A DNA stretch of 12,193 bases, from contig NW_021826588.1 in NCBI RefSeq assembly GCF_006345805.1, forward strand, positions 1 through 12,193, written 5' to 3'. Source of the stretch: Octopus sinensis (Eukaryota). Numbering within the stretch: position 1 is the stretch's first letter; every line of letters begins with the position of its first letter. Of the stretch, positions 8,009 to 12,193 are shown piece after piece. A program made the translations under genes and the position numbers. The notes under the pieces are model-generated. The model ran no database searches, had not been told where the DNA came from, and saw only the letters and a list, made by a program, of their open reading frames with translations.

Positions 8009-8376
8009 AGTGGAGGCGCAATGGCCCAGTGGTTAGGGCAGCGGACTCGCGGTCATAGGATCGCGGTTTCGATTGTGAGTGTTTATTGAGCGAAAACACC
8101 TAAAGCTCCACGGGGCCCCGGCAGGGGATGGTGGTGGATCCCTGCTGTACTCTTTCACCACAACTTTCTCTCACTCTTACTTCTGTTTCTGTTGTACCTG
8201 TATTTCAAAGGGCCGGCCTGTCACTCTCGGTCACGCTGAATATCCCCGAGAACTACGTTAAGGGTACACGTGTCTGTGGAGTGCTCAGCCACTTACACGT
8301 TAATTTCACGAGCAGGCTGTTTCCGTTGATTCGGATCAACCGGAACCCTCGTCGTCGTAACCGACGGAGTGCTACC
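8009..8376 (+). mobile_element. Well-preserved tRNA-derived SINE with a 10-bp target-site duplication
   Basis: A-box TGGCCCAGTGG (8022-8032), B-box GGTTTCGATT (8065-8074) and a CpG-rich body. Flanked by the direct repeat ATAGTCTGGG at 7999-8008 and 8377-8386. Likely one of the described octopus tRNA-derived SINE families (OK/OR1/OR2); the exact family cannot be assigned here. Confidence 0.92.
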
Positions 8377-8812
8377 ATAGTCTGGGTACAAGAGCTGTAA
8401 GTTTTGCATTAACCCGCCATAATGTTTCTTTTTTTTCTCCTGGACATTCACATCAGATCTCCTCAGTGAAACATAGTATGACTGTTTATTATCTTTCAGT
8501 TAAGTTTTATGTATATAAATATTACCAGATGTGATGCAATTTATTTCAGATCGCTGCAGATTGACATTAGCAAAATAATGATACATGATTCGTACCGGTC
8601 GTGTAGATAGTTGTGCATGTGTGGCAAACTGTCTATGAAGCCTAGCCATGCCATCTCGATGTATATGAGCGCCTTCTATATCACCAAATACTTTACTACA
8701 TGATGTACACGTAAGACTTTAGGTGTCTCATCAGTGCGTGAGGATTGTCAATGGCTAGTATATAGTATTTTGTTATCACGTGAATTTTTATATAGTTTTT
8801 AATAAATGCGGC

Positions 8813-8910
8813 ATGTATGTATGTATATATGTATGTATGTATGTATGCATGTATAAGCATATGTACACATACATGTATGCATAAATAGACACATGTATAC
8901 ATATGCACAT
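8813..8910. repeat. Degenerate (TATG)/(CATA) repeat
   Basis: Directly visible. Confidence 0.85.
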
Positions 8911-8951
8911 AGTTAGCTGCCTTGCTAGATAGATAAAGACAGGGAAAACGG

Positions 8952-8970
8952 TAGAGATAGATAGATAGAC

Positions 8971-9027
<57 letters not shown>

Positions 9028-9037
9028 TAGATAATAT

Positions 9038-9073
<36 letters not shown>

Positions 9074-9299
9074 GATAGAGAATAATAGATAGATAAGATA
9101 AATAGATAGATAGATAGATTAGATAGCTATATAGATAGATAGATAGATAGATAGTAGATAGATAGATAGATAGATAGATAGAATAGATAGATAGATAGAG
9201 AGAAATAGATAGATAGATATATGATAGATAGATAGATAGATAAATAATAGATAATAGATAGATAGATAGATAATAGAAATAGATAAGATAGATAAGATC

Positions 9300-9343
<44 letters not shown>

Positions 9344-9361
9344 TAAGATAGATCGATAAGA

Positions 9362-9398
<37 letters not shown>

Positions 9399-9437
9399 AG
9401 ATAGATAGATAAGATAAAAATAGATAAGATCATCGAT

Positions 9438-9493
<56 letters not shown>

Positions 9494-9546
9494 GTAATGA
9501 TAGATAAGATAAGAATAGAGATAGATCGATAAAGATAGATAGTAGA
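8952..9546. repeat. Long (GATA)n microsatellite with many single-base interruptions
   Basis: About 600 bp of GATA units. Confidence 0.97.
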
Positions 9547-9735
9547 TTGTTTCTTTATTAGCCAACAGGGCCTGCACACAGATAGAACAAATTACAAGGT
9601 AGAGCTTTCTTTGAAGGTTTTAAAAAAATAAAAAATAAAAAATAAAAAAAAATAAAAAAAAATAAATAAATAAATAAAAAAAAATAGAAAAAAATAAAAT
9701 AAAAATAAATAAATAAAAAAGGTGGGGGCGATCAA
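9547..9735 (-). mobile_element. Probable 5'-truncated 3' UTR of a LINE (L1/Tx1-like) inserted in (GATA)n
   Basis: Minus strand has a long T-rich tract, then AAAGCTCTACCTTGTAATTTGTTCTATCTGTGTGCAGGCCCTGTTGGCT, AATAAA (9554-9559) and GAAACA, then (ATCT)n. GATA arrays flank both sides. The clade assignment is inference. Confidence 0.55.
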
Positions 9736-9797
9736 GATAGATAAGATAGATAGATAGATAGATAGATAGTAGATAGATAAAAAAAAGATAGATAGAT

Positions 9798-9836
<39 letters not shown>
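9735..9836. repeat. (GATA)n microsatellite
   Basis: Directly visible. Confidence 0.95.
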
Positions 9837-9946
9837 GGACGGAGGCAGAGCGGGAGAGAGAGAGAAAAAGAGAGAGGGAGGAAGGCGCGCAGAGAGAGAG
9901 AGAGAAAGAAAGAGAGAGGAGGGAAGGGCGGCAGAGAGAGAGAGAG
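9837..9946. repeat. Polypurine (GA)n tract with three GGAGG-A-GGC-type interruptions
   Basis: Visible loose ~40-bp periodicity. Confidence 0.8.
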
Positions 9947-10099
9947 AATTAATACACATATTTACAAATAATGCACAAAATGTTGTGTTTTTGTACTAGA
10001 GATATTCCATGTTTATTTAACTCTCTCGCCAATTCCTTTCCAATTCAGTTGCACTTTTTTCTCTTCTTCCAGTACTCACGTATACACATAGGCATGAGC

Positions 10100-10342
10100 G
10101 CACACACCTACATACACCACACACACACACACACACACATTCTCCCTCTACACAGACGCACACACGTTTGTAGATTTTCGTCTACTACATATATATATGT
10201 GTATGTGTGCTTGCATGTGTGCATATGTGTGTATGCACATTGCTTGCGTGTGTATGCCTTTGAGTGTGTGTGTGTGTGTGTGAACGCGAGCGCGCGTGTG
10301 CTTACGTATATGCGTGTGTGTTTGTATGTGCGTGCGTGTGTG
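10100..10342. repeat. (CA)n then degenerate (TG)/(TA)/(CG) repeats
   Basis: Directly visible. Confidence 0.9.
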
Positions 10343-10460
10343 TTCTCTCCTGTCAAGCACTTGTAGAAGAAACCAAAAGATGTCAACACGGATGTAAAAT
10401 CATTATTTACGTCGTTTCTCTATTTACTGTTCTTCGCGTGTGTCTGGAACGTGTCTAGTG

Positions 10461-10463
<3 letters not shown>

Positions 10464-10497
<34 letters not shown>

Positions 10498-10709
10498 TGT
10501 TTGTGTGTGTGTGTGTGTGTCTGTGTGTGTGTGTGAGTGTGAGTGTGTCTGTGTGTGTCTGTGTGTGTCTGTGTGTATGTGTGTGTGTATGTGTGTGTGT
10601 TTTGTTTGTGTGTGTGTGTGTCTGTGTGTATGTGTGGGGTGTGTGTGGTGTGTGTTTGTGTTTGTGTGTGTGTGTGTGTGTTGTGTGAGAGTGTGTGTGT
10701 GTGCGTGTG
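10464..10709. repeat. Long interrupted (TG)n microsatellite
   Basis: Directly visible. Confidence 0.97.
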
Positions 10710-10909
10710 TTAGTTTCTATATGTGGTGTGGTCGCTTTGAATGTTTACGTGTTCACTCTGTCCCCCCAACTCGATTTCTCTTTCCCCCCATGAAGATAGA
10801 AACCAGACTAAGAAAATGGCAGTTCACTCAAACGCCGCTCTCCATTGACACGTAATCAATGACGTAGAACCTTTTTACACCAACGAAAAAGCAGGGATAT
10901 TCTCAACAA

Positions 10910-11016
10910 TGTAGTCTAAGATAAACTATTTCGGGAAAGATGGGGTGGTTACGAATAGAATATCTTAGATCATGGATCAGCTCAACCAGAGGTTAAGTAA
11001 CAACAATAACAACACC
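10910..11016 (+). mobile_element. Possible degenerate retroposon 3' end with a (CAA)n tail
   Basis: AAAGATGGGGTGGTTACG...GATCATGGATCAGCTCAACCAGAGGTTAAG followed by AACAACAATAACAAC; resembles a recurring octopus repeat by recollection only. Confidence 0.35.
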
Positions 11017-11072
11017 AGCACTTCACCGTAGATACACGCTTCAAAGTCTGTCTGTCTGTCTGTCTATCTATA

Positions 11073-11275
11073 TAACCGTTTCAATCATTGAACTGCAGCC
11101 ATGCTGGGGTACCGCCTTGAAGGGTTTTAGTTGAACAAATTGACCTCAATACTTTTGTAAGGCTGCCACTTATTGTATCGGTCTGTTTTTGTGAACCGCT
11201 GAGTTACGAGGACGTAAAAAACGTCAATATCGGTTGTCAATCGGTGTGGAGAGCCAAGCACAGATACAAAGACAT
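11073..11275 (-). mobile_element. SINE 3' region (family C; probably the tail of the family A element)
   Basis: GTTTCAATCATTGAACTGCAGCCATGCTGGGGTACCGCCTTGAAGGG...TGAACCGCTGAGTTACGAGGACGTAAA...ATCGGTTGTCAA; homologous to 1901-2100 and flanked by (GTCT)n and (CA)n. Confidence 0.75.
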
Positions 11276-12193
11276 ATATACGCGTGCGCGCGCACACACA
11301 CACAAACACACGTACACACAGAGTAATGTAAAGCATGTAATAAATTCACGGTAAATGATCCAGTTTCGATTTCTGGTGGAAGCTCATTCCGGTTTCAGCT
11401 GCGTTTAATTAACTGTACGTAACCAAAATCCCTACACTTAACATTTTGTGACACATGTGCATCGCAGCGGACACTAAAAATGTGGAATATAAATAAAGGT
11501 ATCATAAAAACAAAAGAGAACGGGGACGGGGGTGAAGAGAGGAGATTTTGTTTAATTTGACAAAGTGAAAACATCTTATTTTATTTTTAAATTATAGATT
11601 TACAAACTATAGACATTTCTTTGGAATGGCATGTTGTGTTTACAAAATGACTCAAAAGCCAGATATTTAGATCTGATTTCCGCATTATGAAATCAGTTAA
11701 TGTTAACTGATATTCCTAATATAACTTATAATGGTAAGAATTCTTGAGCAACCATCGATAACCAGTACAGACTGAAACCGACAAGGTTTTCAGCGATGAA
11801 TCTTCTGGTTGGTACCGAGTACATTCTGTTGCCTCCTTCAAGTAATTTTTATGATTTTAATTAACGACATCGTTATGTGATTGACATTTGTTAATGAAAA
11901 CAAAAAAAGAACTCGATTAAAGATAAATGAGATGTAGCAAAAATAATCAAGTTAACGACCAGAAATCAAAAGAGACCTGCTGATAAGCCCCAGGCCAGAA
12001 TGTCCAAATAGCTTCTTACTCATGACATTTAAATACTTTGGCAGTGAGGAGGAAATTCTTCAAATAAACACAGATTCATGCAAGATAGATATCTTTGGGG
12101 GTAACTAAACGAATAGTTACTCAGACTGTTGATGTCATTCTAATATTTGATAATGTTTGATGGAAATATTTCTAACATTTTGATAACTGACGT

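Noticed and set aside
8012-8074. Functional tRNA gene
   Set aside because: No complete acceptor stem or T-arm and no poly-T terminator. It continues into a 300-bp body bounded by a TSD, so it is a SINE head.
9622-9720. A-rich tract as the poly(A) tail of a plus-strand retrocopy
   Set aside because: Better explained as an internal T-rich tract of a minus-strand element whose AATAAA lies at 9554-9559.
169-10855. Low-complexity ORFs (poly-YI, MYVC, CV, HT, L, T, IYLS)
   Set aside because: They are translations of microsatellites that lack stop codons; there is no domain signal.
11760-11810. Hairpin (AACCAG...CTGAAACC/GGTTTTCAG...CTGGTT) as a pre-miRNA
   Set aside because: Large asymmetric internal loop and too few paired bases.
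11771-11841. Peptide TETDKVFSDESSGWYRVHSVASF as an Ig-like exon
   Set aside because: There is an in-frame stop just upstream, no polypyrimidine acceptor and only a weak donor.

Overview
Eukaryotic, AT-rich, non-coding (intronic or intergenic) DNA. From memory of the repeat families, not a database search, it looks like cephalopod (Octopus-like) sequence. No supportable protein-coding gene, RNA gene or CRISPR array was found; nearly all supplied ORFs are microsatellite or SINE read-throughs. The window is a mosaic of di-, tri- and tetranucleotide microsatellites and non-LTR retroposon debris. It holds a well-preserved tRNA-derived SINE with a perfect 10-bp target-site duplication (8009-8376), a mixed-orientation cluster of about 8 copies of another tRNA-derived SINE (3398-4817), CORE-like SINE pieces, and two probable 5'-truncated LINE 3' ends lying in (TAA)n and (GATA)n arrays. 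The most unusual structure is a ~220-bp decayed palindrome (409-628). Its arms are internally folded and carry a partial hammerhead-like motif. I see no clear evidence of a new multi-gene system, so the leads below concern mobile elements and RNA structure.
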